Below, piece after piece: positions 8,283-17,255 of a stretch of DNA of 22,818 bases (the first letter of the stretch is position 1; each line of letters begins with the position of its first letter). Source of the stretch: Armatimonadota bacterium. GTDB taxonomy: Bacteria; Armatimonadota; UBA5829; DTLH01. Below the pieces are notes generated by a model. That model saw only the letters and a program-made list of their open reading frames with translations, was not told the DNA's origin and did not search any database. The DNA lies in contig JBDKSP010000091.1 of NCBI GenBank assembly GCA_039680575.1, positions 1 through 22,818 on the forward strand, read 5' to 3'. A program made the position numbers and the translations under genes.

Positions 8283-9533
8283 GTGAACGGTAAATCACGC
8301 AGCCGGATCGTCATAACCGGGACCTACTGCTCGTTGAACAAAGGCGATGCGGCTATGCGCATCGCGCTCACCGATGCTCTCAAAGAAGCCGTACCTGATT
8401 GCCATGTCACGATGATGACCCCATTTCCAGAGCTGGACGGCTCCGCCTACAGAAGCGATGTCACTCTCAAATGCAGCCGGCGGCGTCCTGTAAAAGCCCT
8501 GGGACTGATACTTCTCGCATCGGTATGGCATGTCATCTACCGGGTATTCCGGCTAGACTTCAGGTTCATGCTGAACAATGAGATGAGAGTTTACCGCGAA
8601 AGCGATGTTGTAGTCGATCTGAGCGGGGACGGGTTGACCGAGGAATACGGAACAAAATGCCTTATCGCGCACCTCATCCCGATAGTACTCGGCAAACTGC
8701 TCGCCAAGCCGGTATTCGTCTGCGCTCAGACTATCGGGCCGTTCAACAAGAACGAGGCTCTCTGCAGGTGGATACTCAAGAAAACCGACGTTGTGTCCGC
8801 GAGAGAAAAACTTACCTATGATTATCTTTCCAAGCTGGGACTGAACGGAACAACATTATCACTTACAGCCGATATGGCGTTTCTGGTCGGGGCTGTTCCT
8901 CCTGAGACAGCAAGAAACATACTTGCCAAAGAGGGAGTAACATTCGACAAACCGATCATCGGTTTCTCCATCAGCCGGCTGCCGGGTCATATTTTGGGCA
9001 GTGCAGAAGAACGCAAGGCTACAAATCTGGAACTCGAACTGGCGGAAACGCTCGATAAGCTGGTCGAAGCTGGAATGCACCCGGTATTCGTGTCTCATGC
9101 AACAGGGCCAGGAGACCGGCGGGACGACCGGAAAGCGGCTAGAAGAGTGGCAAATATCAGCCGTCACAGCTCGGAGATCACTGTTTTAGAGGGCGATTAC
9201 TCCGCTGAAGAGATTAAGGGCATCATAAGCCAGATGGAACTATTCGCTGGAGTAAGGATGCATTCCTGCATAGCGGCAATGTCTATGTGCGTGCCTACGG
9301 CGGTAATTGCATACGGCCCCAAGGCATACGGCATAGCAGGACTTGCCGGGCAGAGCCGGTGGGTCTTGGATATCAGAAACATTACATCGGGTGAGCTCTT
9401 CGACACCCTGCAGCAGCTCTGGCAGAAACGGGAATCTGTCCGAAGATCTCTCAGAGAAGAGATGGCGGTCATAAACAAACTTGCGGGAGAGAATGTAGCG
9501 ATCATCCAGACACTCCTGAGCAAAAAAGATTGA
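8283..9533 (+). CDS. Polysaccharide pyruvyl transferase family protein (WcaK/CsaB-like)
   Basis: NKGDAAM, DLSGDGLTEEYG, AQTIGPF, AREKLTY, TADMAF, GVRMHSCIAA..VP..IAYGPK motifs; start placed at GTG 8283 behind GGAGG (ORF is open from ATG 8226). Confidence 0.88.
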   Translation: MNGKSRSRIVITGTYCSLNKGDAAMRIALTDALKEAVPDCHVTMMTPFPELDGSAYRSDVTLKCSRRRPVKALGLILLASVWHVIYRVFRLDFRFMLNNEMRVYRESDVVVDLSGDGLTEEYGTKCLIAHLIPIVLGKLLAKPVFVCAQTIGPFNKNEALCRWILKKTDVVSAREKLTYDYLSKLGLNGTTLSLTADMAFLVGAVPPETARNILAKEGVTFDKPIIGFSISRLPGHILGSAEERKATNLELELAETLDKLVEAGMHPVFVSHATGPGDRRDDRKAARRVANISRHSSEITVLEGDYSAEEIKGIISQMELFAGVRMHSCIAAMSMCVPTAVIAYGPKAYGIAGLAGQSRWVLDIRNITSGELFDTLQQLWQKRESVRRSLREEMAVINKLAGENVAIIQTLLSKKD

Positions 9534-9736
9534 CCCGCGCAGCGCTTGCACGAACCAAACATTGATTGGCTGTTCGATAAGCTGTGATTCTGTCCTGTAG
9601 AGATGATGACCTGTGGATTTTCGGGTGAATAATACGGAGAGTTTCGAGTTTAAGCGTAAACCAACAGATACAAGCCCGTAGGATTGTTACATCATTGCTC
9701 GAAACTCCTTAGAAAACCAGTAAAGGGGAGGTAGGG

Positions 9737-11056
9737 ATGCCTTTATCGCTGCTGCGCCAGATGCGGCGTATAAACCGTGACCAGTGGATTGAACCGGATA
9801 ATCTTGAAGCTGTGCAGTTGCACAGACTTAAGCGACAGGTAAAAAGAGCCTGGGATTACTCACCCTTTTACCATGAACGCATGTCCTCCATCGGATTCGA
9901 ACCCGGCGACCTGAAAAGCCTGGATGATCTTCGGCGGCTGCCTGTAGTAACAAAATCCGAGCTTCAGACGGCAGGTAAGGACGCATTTTGTTCGGATATA
10001 GACCTGGATGGCTGCGTGTGGCTGAAGACCAGCGGCTCCAGCGGCTCACCTTTATCGCTCCCGTTCACCATACGGGATAAATCACACCGGGTACTGAAAG
10101 AACTCCGCGCGCTGATGGCACATGGCTACAAATTCACGGACCGGATGATCATTTTTGTCGAACCAAGATGCATGGTAGAGAGAAAAAACAGCCTGCAGAA
10201 GCTGGGACTGCTCCGCCGGGACTATGTGTCCATTTTCGACGACCTGCTGGACCAGATAGCCAAAATAAAATCGATTCATCCTCAGGTGATATATGGCTAC
10301 ACATCGAGCCTGCGCATTATCGCCGAAAGCCTTGCGCGCAACCATTTTTCGCTGCCCGTGCCTAAGGTGCTGATGACTGCCGCTGAGCTGCTCGACCCGG
10401 CTGCACGGAAGTTGCTGAAAGACGGTTTCGGGGTGGAGCCTACCGACTTTTACGGTTCGATGGAATTCGGATGGATCGGATGGCAATGCCCACAGCAGCA
10501 TGGTTATCATATCAACTCGGACTGCCTTATCGTCGAGTGCTTGAAAGACGGTCAACCTGCCGGGGACCGCGAAGAAGGGGAACTGGTAATAACGAACCTT
10601 TACTCGGACGCAGCTCCGCTTATCCGTTACTCCAGCGGTGATTCGGGTGTCTTGTCATCTGAAAGGTGCCCATGCGGAAGGTCTCTCCCGGTCCTCGCGT
10701 CGCTGACTGGCAGGCTGGCGGACTGTATTTCGCTTCCAGGCGGCCGGAAGGTATCACCATATACCGTGACCTGTGCCATCGAGGATATTCCCGGTGTGGG
10801 ACAGTTCCAGGTCGTTCAGGGCAAGGACTGGACCGTCAATATCAGCCTGGTCCCAAGTTCACGAAACCTGAATACAGACGATGTTAGAACGGCTGTCCAG
10901 AAAATGCTGGGGCAGGATGTAGCCGTCGTTGTCAAGGCAACATCGAGGCTTTCATTGGAGCCGAACGGCAAGTTCAGAGTCGTACGGTCTTATGCCAGCC
11001 CGCTTCAGCCAACGGACCAAAGGAGCATTTCAAAACAAGGATGCATACAGCAATGA
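9737..11056 (+). CDS. Phenylacetate-CoA ligase-like / CapK-like adenylate-forming enzyme
   Basis: 439 aa; ANL motifs KTSGSSGSP, DFYGSMEFG, PLIRYSSGD, CPCGR, GRLAD, NGKFR; strong RBS GGGGAGGT. Confidence 0.9.
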   Translation: MPLSLLRQMRRINRDQWIEPDNLEAVQLHRLKRQVKRAWDYSPFYHERMSSIGFEPGDLKSLDDLRRLPVVTKSELQTAGKDAFCSDIDLDGCVWLKTSGSSGSPLSLPFTIRDKSHRVLKELRALMAHGYKFTDRMIIFVEPRCMVERKNSLQKLGLLRRDYVSIFDDLLDQIAKIKSIHPQVIYGYTSSLRIIAESLARNHFSLPVPKVLMTAAELLDPAARKLLKDGFGVEPTDFYGSMEFGWIGWQCPQQHGYHINSDCLIVECLKDGQPAGDREEGELVITNLYSDAAPLIRYSSGDSGVLSSERCPCGRSLPVLASLTGRLADCISLPGGRKVSPYTVTCAIEDIPGVGQFQVVQGKDWTVNISLVPSSRNLNTDDVRTAVQKMLGQDVAVVVKATSRLSLEPNGKFRVVRSYASPLQPTDQRSISKQGCIQQ

Positions 11057-12084
11057 CCTCAGTCAAATCGGAACGGCTGCAAAAAGCCGGACCTGTCCGC
11101 ATTACGCACGGCTGGCAATGTGACTCGATGCAGTTAAATGCAAAGCGGTTTGTATCGCTCGCAAGACATGGGACATTGGCGCTTTACAGGCTTGAGGGCG
11201 AATACTGTGGGAACCATATGCGGGTAATTATCGCGGATGATGGATCGACGCTCAACTATATGAAGAAACTTATCTTCTCGGATGAGCCAGTCATATCTCA
11301 CATAGGTACTATAAGCGCTTTCTCCGGTCCAGGTCTGGCTCATGCAGACGCGGATATAGTAATCGCCGGTGCGAACCACATGCTTCTCGGCGCTTATTCA
11401 AAGCAGGGTTTCTATATCGTGCCGAAGTGGATACGGCTTTTCGTCCCAATATGGAACCACCCGGATACGATGTACAGCAGGCTCGACCTGGACCGCGCAA
11501 TCCGCAAATACTTCAGGCGTCTCGCTCGAACAATCGAAACAATGGACTACAGCTTCAGTGTTACGGTCGATCCGGGCTGGTTCAACTATTTCTACTATCG
11601 TATGTATCTGCCCTACGCGCGAAGGAGGCACCAGGACCTGGCGATAATCCACAGCTATAACACCGTGCAGCAAAACTTCTCACGCGGTATGGGTGTTACG
11701 ATTATGAAAGACGAGAAACCTCTGGGCGGTGGGATAGTAATCTGTGAAGGAAAGACCATAAGTTTCAGACATATGGGGATGGTAGACGGCAGCATAGAAG
11801 CATCTAGAGACGGAGCATCCTCCGCGCTGGATTACTTCGTTGTTCGGTTTGGTTATTCCAGGGGATGTGACCAGATGAACTTCGGCCATACAAGAGCGTT
11901 TACTTCCGACGGTGTGCTGAGATATAAGCTCATGTGGCAAGCGCGGGTAGAAAACGACGATGACGCTATCTCCGCTTTCGCCATAAGCACTCCCGGTACA
12001 ACACCGCAGGCTCTAGAGTTCCTATCGGAAAACAGGTTCTTCCAGTTAACCCCTGAAGGAGTCAGACTCTACGATGAATCTTAG
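11053..12084 (+). CDS. Uncharacterised protein, probable GNAT/FemAB-like fold; paralogue 1 of 3
   Basis: Shares ADDGSTL, GAN, PKWI, FY..MY.PYA..R and FG..R.F.SDG.L.YKL.W blocks with the next two ORFs; start uncertain (11041, 11053 as ATGA overlap with the ligase stop, or 11128). Confidence 0.7.
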   Translation: MTSVKSERLQKAGPVRITHGWQCDSMQLNAKRFVSLARHGTLALYRLEGEYCGNHMRVIIADDGSTLNYMKKLIFSDEPVISHIGTISAFSGPGLAHADADIVIAGANHMLLGAYSKQGFYIVPKWIRLFVPIWNHPDTMYSRLDLDRAIRKYFRRLARTIETMDYSFSVTVDPGWFNYFYYRMYLPYARRRHQDLAIIHSYNTVQQNFSRGMGVTIMKDEKPLGGGIVICEGKTISFRHMGMVDGSIEASRDGASSALDYFVVRFGYSRGCDQMNFGHTRAFTSDGVLRYKLMWQARVENDDDAISAFAISTPGTTPQALEFLSENRFFQLTPEGVRLYDES

Positions 12085-13039
12085 GCGACTAATTCTGAAT
12101 TTTGTCCGGCAGTCAGTTTCGCTTGTACTGCATTCCAAGTTAACGGTATATTCCGTTGAAGGCGAATACGACGGGAATCGTCTCCATGTGCTGATCGCTG
12201 ACGATGGCTCCACGCTGGACTATATAAGCAACCTTATATTTCCTGAAGGATCGGTGATCTCAAAAAAGCGTTCTATCAGCGCTCTGAAAGGAACTAAACT
12301 CATAAACAGCGCCGCCGACCTCGTAGTAGTCGGGGCAAACCTGTTGCTTAAGGATAAGTATGCCCGCAGAGGATTTATCATCGCGCCGAAATGGATACAG
12401 TTGTTCCTTCCCGTCGATGAAAACCCTTATACAAGACTGTACAACAAAGGCCGTCAGTCTCGAAAATACTTCAAGTGGATGATCCGAAAAGCAGAGTCTT
12501 CCAGTATTCATTGCGAGATAGTGACTGACACCGGATGGCTGGACGAGTTTTACAACAAAATGTATCAGCCTTACGCGCTGCAGCGGTTCGGTAACTTCGC
12601 TGTTGTGCATAAATATCAGAAAATCAGACGCTCATTCCAGCGTGGAGCCGGGATAATCGCAAAAAAGAACGGAGTGCCTGTTGCAGGTACGATAATCTAT
12701 CGCGCCGGAGACACAATGCACATCCCGCACATTGGAGTTGTTGACGGCGACCTTTCGATAGTAAGGGAAGGCGCAGCTTTTGCCATGGATTATTACGCGG
12801 TGCAGTTGGCGCACTTGATAGGCTGTAAACGAGTGGACTTCGGCCACAGCAGGCCGTTTCATTCCGATGGAACACTGCAATACAAGCTGAACTGGCACAT
12901 GGACGTAGAGGAAGATGATGACGGAGTGGCTGTCTTCGCCATAACTGTGCCTGACCAGAACGGACCTGCGCTGAAATTCCTGGAAAACAACAGGTTCTTC
13001 CACATTACCCCGAACGGGGTTATATCGCCATATGAATAA
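12074..13039 (+). CDS. Uncharacterised protein, probable GNAT/FemAB-like fold; paralogue 2 of 3
   Basis: 321 aa; same conserved blocks (IADDGSTLDY, GANLLL, APKWI, FYNKMYQPYA, DFGHSRPFHSDGTLQYKLNW); 11-nt overlap with upstream gene. Confidence 0.72.
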   Translation: MNLRRLILNFVRQSVSLVLHSKLTVYSVEGEYDGNRLHVLIADDGSTLDYISNLIFPEGSVISKKRSISALKGTKLINSAADLVVVGANLLLKDKYARRGFIIAPKWIQLFLPVDENPYTRLYNKGRQSRKYFKWMIRKAESSSIHCEIVTDTGWLDEFYNKMYQPYALQRFGNFAVVHKYQKIRRSFQRGAGIIAKKNGVPVAGTIIYRAGDTMHIPHIGVVDGDLSIVREGAAFAMDYYAVQLAHLIGCKRVDFGHSRPFHSDGTLQYKLNWHMDVEEDDDGVAVFAITVPDQNGPALKFLENNRFFHITPNGVISPYE

Positions 13040-13994
13040 TTGGAATTTTTATCTGCCGGCGTGGCGAATGCTTTTCCTTGCCAGACATCCCATGCTGGAT
13101 CTTTACACTGTAGAAGGAGAAACTGACGGCTCTTCACTCACGATGCTTGTAGCTGATGATGGCTCTACCCTGCCCTACATCAGCAGTGTAGTCTTCCCAT
13201 CCGGTGCAGTGATACGGAGAAAAGGCTCCATATGCGCATTGAAGGCTCACTGCCTCATAGATAGAAAAGCCGATTTGATCGTTGTCGGAGCAAACCGCCT
13301 TCTGCTCAGAAATTACGCCCGCCGTGGGTTCCATCTGATCCCCAAATGGATAAACCCGTATCTACCGTTAACGGATCATCCTGATGCGCTCATAGACAAA
13401 CTCGATAAATCCCCAAAGAGGGATATTACGCGGAACCTAAAGAAAGCAGAAGCAAATGGATTCGATTACGAAGTAACTGCCGACCCTGCATGGTTTGACA
13501 ATTTCTATAATGATATGTACGTGCCTTACGCGCAGAAACGGTACGGAGAGCTTGCCCAGATCGACAGTTACGAACGAGTAAAGCAGGCATATACAAAGGG
13601 CGCAGGGATAATCGTAAAACAACACGGAAAGCATGTCGGCGGGACAATTGTGTATGCTCAGAGAAACGTAATGCGGAACCCTTACGTGGGTATCTCAGAC
13701 GGTGACGAGACGGTGGCAAGAGAAGGCGCATCCAGAGTACTCTACTACTATGCTATGCTGCTTGCTCATTCATGGGGATGCGAAGGAGTGAATTTCGGCA
13801 GCACCAGGCCGTTTCTATCGGATGGAGTGCTGAAATACAAACTGAAATGGGGAATGCAGGTCCGCCATGACGAGCTTTCGACTGCCGTGTTTGCGCTCGC
13901 AGCCCCCGGATTGACAAAACCCGCACAGAAATTCCTCGAAACTAATCCATTCTTCCGGCTCACGAAGCAGGGATACGAGATTTTCAAGCCCTGA
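13032..13994 (+). CDS. Uncharacterised protein, probable GNAT/FemAB-like fold; paralogue 3 of 3
   Basis: 320 aa; same blocks (VADDGSTLPY, GANRLL, IPKWI, FYNDMYVPYA, NFGSTRPFLSDGVLKYKLKW); 8-nt overlap with upstream gene. Confidence 0.72.
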   Translation: MNNWNFYLPAWRMLFLARHPMLDLYTVEGETDGSSLTMLVADDGSTLPYISSVVFPSGAVIRRKGSICALKAHCLIDRKADLIVVGANRLLLRNYARRGFHLIPKWINPYLPLTDHPDALIDKLDKSPKRDITRNLKKAEANGFDYEVTADPAWFDNFYNDMYVPYAQKRYGELAQIDSYERVKQAYTKGAGIIVKQHGKHVGGTIVYAQRNVMRNPYVGISDGDETVAREGASRVLYYYAMLLAHSWGCEGVNFGSTRPFLSDGVLKYKLKWGMQVRHDELSTAVFALAAPGLTKPAQKFLETNPFFRLTKQGYEIFKP

Positions 13995-14009
13995 ACCCTC
14001 AAAAAACGC

Positions 14010-14037
14010 TAAAGTAACTCCATTAAGCTGTCGAGAT
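14010..14037 (+). promoter_or_regulatory. Candidate sigma-28 (FliA/SigD) promoter upstream of flgF
   Basis: TAAA-N16-GTCGAGAT; context CGCTAAAGT-N12-CTGTCGA mirrors the flgM promoter. Confidence 0.55.
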
Positions 14038-14058
14038 ATAATGCGGAGGCTAAGTAAA

Positions 14059-14760
14059 GTGATTAATGGACTTTATAGCGCCGCAGCAGGGATGCTCGGA
14101 CAGATCGAACAGCAGGACACTATTTCCAATAACCTGGCTAACGCAAATACATCAGGTTATAAGCGATCAGCCATAAGTTTCGCCGCTGTCAGCAGGGGTG
14201 TGACTATCGAGGAAATGAGTGAGGCAGGAACCTCATCAAAACAAGTCCGATGTGTGGTCCCGATTCCATTTTCCAAGCAGGACAACAGACAGGGAACCCT
14301 TCAGGATACCGGCAACCCCACCAATCTCGCTATTGATGGCCCCGGTTATTTTGTCGTTAAAAACGGGCAAAGCCAGCAGCTTACAAGGCATGGAGACTTC
14401 ACGCTGAATAAGTCCGGCCAGCTTTCGACAAGTGATGGAAGCCTGGTCATGGGGCAAAACGGCCCTATAAAAATATCCGGCTCCGACTGGTCAATCGATC
14501 CCAAGGGAACAGTTCATGTAAACGGAAATGTCGTGGACAAACTGCAGATAGTGCCGGATAACTCGACACGTGCCGCGAACGGGTCTCAGTCCGTCGGGGA
14601 AGTCCTGCAGGGTGAGGTAGAAGGCTCGAATGTCAGCGTGGTCAGAGAGATGGTCTCGATGATCACTGCATTGAGAGCTTATGAAGCCAACCAGAAGAGC
14701 ATACAATCCATCGACCAGACGCTCGAAAAAGCCATCAGCGTTGGCAACAGAGCAGGTTAG
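14059..14760 (+). CDS. flgF: Flagellar basal-body rod protein FlgF
   Basis: GLYSAAAGM..QDTISNNLANANTSGYK, TGNPTNLAIDGPGYF, SNVSVVREMVSMITALRAYEANQK; first of a flgF-flgG pair; GTG start at 14059 behind GGAGG (ORF open from 14041). Confidence 0.85.
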   Translation: MINGLYSAAAGMLGQIEQQDTISNNLANANTSGYKRSAISFAAVSRGVTIEEMSEAGTSSKQVRCVVPIPFSKQDNRQGTLQDTGNPTNLAIDGPGYFVVKNGQSQQLTRHGDFTLNKSGQLSTSDGSLVMGQNGPIKISGSDWSIDPKGTVHVNGNVVDKLQIVPDNSTRAANGSQSVGEVLQGEVEGSNVSVVREMVSMITALRAYEANQKSIQSIDQTLEKAISVGNRAG

Positions 14761-14847
14761 CCCGCTTTATTCGTTTCACGAATAAAGCTCTCGCTATAAA
14801 TGTTATCCACGCTTCTCGTGAATAACGCGGGTTAGGAGGACTAGAAA

Positions 14848-15636
14848 ATGATCAGATCGTTATGGACAGCGGCCACCGGAATGGAGGCCCAGCAGTTAAA
14901 TATAGATGTTATTTCCAATAACCTGGCTAACGTCAACACAACAGGGTTCAAAAAGACCAGGGTAGAGTTCCAGGATATGCTATACCAGACAACAATAGCT
15001 GCCGGTTCTACCGAATCCCAGGGATCAGTAACCCCTACAGGTGTTCAGGTGGGACTTGGGACCTGCTATTCGGCGACTCAGAAGATTTTTACCCAGGGCG
15101 ACTTCCAGCAGACCGATAATCCGCTCGACCTTGTCATCGAGGGAGACGGGTTCTTCCAGGTCCAGCTGTCAAACGGGAATACTGCCTATACCCGCGACGG
15201 AACGTTCAAACTCGATTCACAGGGAAGGTTGGTAACATCGGACGGCAACCCGATTGAACCTCAAATAACTATCCCTACGGAAGCCACGAACGTCTCTATC
15301 GGATCGGACGGGACCGTTTCCGTGAAACTCCCGGGTCAGACGAACTCTCAGGAAGTGGGACAGATTCAGATCGCCAAGTTCTCGAACCCGGCCGGGCTTT
15401 CCAGCGAGGGAAACAACCTGCTTCTGCCCACAGCTTCCTCCGGCGACCCTGTAGTCGATACGCCGGGAGCAAACGGCCTCGGAACGATCGCCAGCGGGTT
15501 CATTGAAATGTCCAATGTCCAGGTCGTCGAAGAGATGGTCAATATGATCGTCGCACAGAGGGCTTACGAAGTCAATTCAAAAGCAATTCAGGCATCTGAC
15601 GATATGCTTAGCATAGCAAATAATCTTAAACGGTAG
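14848..15636 (+). CDS. flgG: Flagellar basal-body distal rod protein FlgG
   Basis: 262 aa; [76 protein letters not shown]. Confidence 0.97.
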   Translation: MIRSLWTAATGMEAQQLNIDVISNNLANVNTTGFKKTRVEFQDMLYQTTIAAGSTESQGSVTPTGVQVGLGTCYSATQKIFTQGDFQQTDNPLDLVIEGDGFFQVQLSNGNTAYTRDGTFKLDSQGRLVTSDGNPIEPQITIPTEATNVSIGSDGTVSVKLPGQTNSQEVGQIQIAKFSNPAGLSSEGNNLLLPTASSGDPVVDTPGANGLGTIASGFIEMSNVQVVEEMVNMIVAQRAYEVNSKAIQASDDMLSIANNLKR

Positions 15637-15641
15637 AGCAA

Positions 15642-16619
15642 ATGTTAGCACGCATCCTCCCTAAATACATACTGATAACAGTCCTGATAGCTCTACCGGT
15701 CATGGCAGGGGCAACGGTAGTTGATATTCTGGTGCAACCATCACCGGAAGTATCCGCAGCTCAGATAAAGCTGGTGGACCTGGCAAAGGTGCAATCCAGC
15801 GATGCCGTCCTGGCCCAAAAGTTGGCATCGGTTCTGATATGCCCGTCGCCCCTGCCCGGAAAAACCCGCGTTATTACACGGGACCAGATCATCGTCGCTA
15901 TGAGGAGACAAGGTATCGACGAGAGCTCTATTAATCTCATGTGTCCCATTCAGTTTTCAGTGAAACGCACAGCATCACTGGTTACCGGCAAAGCTCTTTT
16001 CGATACTGCGCAAGAGTACTTGTTGGCGGATAGTTCACGTATGGGAACGGTTACAGTGGAACCTGTCAGGCTGCCGGCGGATATTTCCGTACCTATGGGA
16101 AGTCTGGAGATCCGCGTCAAAGACACTTATCAGAAATCCCCCAAGGGACGTGCAAACCTTCCGGTAGAGATAATTATCAACGGACAGGTATACACTACCG
16201 TCAATTTGCCGGTAAATGTTCGGGTCTTTTCGCAGGTAATGGTCGCTGCGAAACCAATAGGCCGAACAGAAGCCATATCATCCGAGAATATAATTTTTGA
16301 GAACCGCGAGATTACCACACTCCCCGGAGATCTTGTAACAGACCAACCGCAAACATCGGTCACAGCAACCGTACCGATCGCGCAGGGATCGGTTATCCGG
16401 CGCAGTTGGCTGGCAGAGCCGCCAGTCATCAAATCCGGTGATGCAGTCACTGTCGTGGTATCTGGGGAAATGGTCCGAGTAGCCGACAAAGGTGTCGCCG
16501 TTATGGACGGGCAGAAAGGCGACGAGATTAAAGTGAGGCTCCTCGGCGATGTCCGAGAAGTGCGCGGAACGGTAGTTGAACCGGGGCTCGTAGAGATTAA
16601 ACTCAGCAGGAGGAACTAG
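15642..16619 (+). CDS. flgA: Flagellar P-ring formation chaperone FlgA (long form)
   Basis: 325 aa; signal peptide, C-terminal SAF/ChapFlgA pattern (VMVAAKPIGR, PPVIKSGDAVTV, GVAVMDGQKGDEIKV, GTVVEPGLVEI); located between flgG and flgH. Confidence 0.88.
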   Translation: MLARILPKYILITVLIALPVMAGATVVDILVQPSPEVSAAQIKLVDLAKVQSSDAVLAQKLASVLICPSPLPGKTRVITRDQIIVAMRRQGIDESSINLMCPIQFSVKRTASLVTGKALFDTAQEYLLADSSRMGTVTVEPVRLPADISVPMGSLEIRVKDTYQKSPKGRANLPVEIIINGQVYTTVNLPVNVRVFSQVMVAAKPIGRTEAISSENIIFENREITTLPGDLVTDQPQTSVTATVPIAQGSVIRRSWLAEPPVIKSGDAVTVVVSGEMVRVADKGVAVMDGQKGDEIKVRLLGDVREVRGTVVEPGLVEIKLSRRN

Positions 16620-16621
16620 GA

Positions 16622-17206
16622 ATGCTGTCCAAATATGTTAAAGTTTTAGCTATTATGCTTATACTTTTACCATTCACACCGGCTGCAGCGGACTCGCTGT
16701 GGGTTGCGACATCACCCGGCAGCATGTTCACGGACATAAAGGCCAAACAGGTCGGCGACTTGATAACAATACTTATATCGGAAGGGACTTCTTCGTCTGT
16801 AACAGCCAGTAAAAAGTTCGACAAAAGTCTTGAACACTCAAACAGCGGTGGTGTCGGAACACTTCTCAAGATGATACCCGACATGGGCTTCACATCAGAG
16901 CAGGAAGGCTCCACCACCGGACAATCGGCTGTCAGCACATCACTTACAGCTAATGTTACAGCAAAGGTAACAAAGGTGCTGCCCAACGGCAACCTTGAGA
17001 TCCAGGCACAGCGGACTATATACACCAACGAAGAAAAACAGGAAATCACCGTGACCGGGATTGTTCGTCCTCAGGATATATCAGCCGACAATACCGTGTC
17101 TTCAACCTATCTTTCTGATGTCACGATAAAGCAGACCGGCAAGGGCGCCATCGGAGACAGGCAGAAGGAAGGCATCATCAGCAAAATCGTAAGATACCTT
17201 TTCTAA
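16622..17206 (+). CDS. flgH: Flagellar L-ring protein FlgH
   Basis: 194 aa; DIKAKQVGDLITILISE, VTKVLPNGNLEI, TGIVRPQDISADNTVSS. Confidence 0.95.
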   Translation: MLSKYVKVLAIMLILLPFTPAAADSLWVATSPGSMFTDIKAKQVGDLITILISEGTSSSVTASKKFDKSLEHSNSGGVGTLLKMIPDMGFTSEQEGSTTGQSAVSTSLTANVTAKVTKVLPNGNLEIQAQRTIYTNEEKQEITVTGIVRPQDISADNTVSSTYLSDVTIKQTGKGAIGDRQKEGIISKIVRYLF

Positions 17207-17255
17207 AGAATTTCAAATAACACTGAAACTCCAGTACGTAATTAGGAGCCAATAA

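Noticed and set aside
9551..9580. Possible sigma-28 promoter (TTCGATAA) upstream of the ligase
   Set aside because: No TAAA at 15-16 nt spacing; too weak to support flagellar co-regulation
11053..13994. Paralogue triad as an assembly artefact, or a diversity-generating or phase-variable cassette
   Set aside because: The copies are highly diverged at nucleotide level, with no long identical repeats, reverse transcriptase or recombinase nearby
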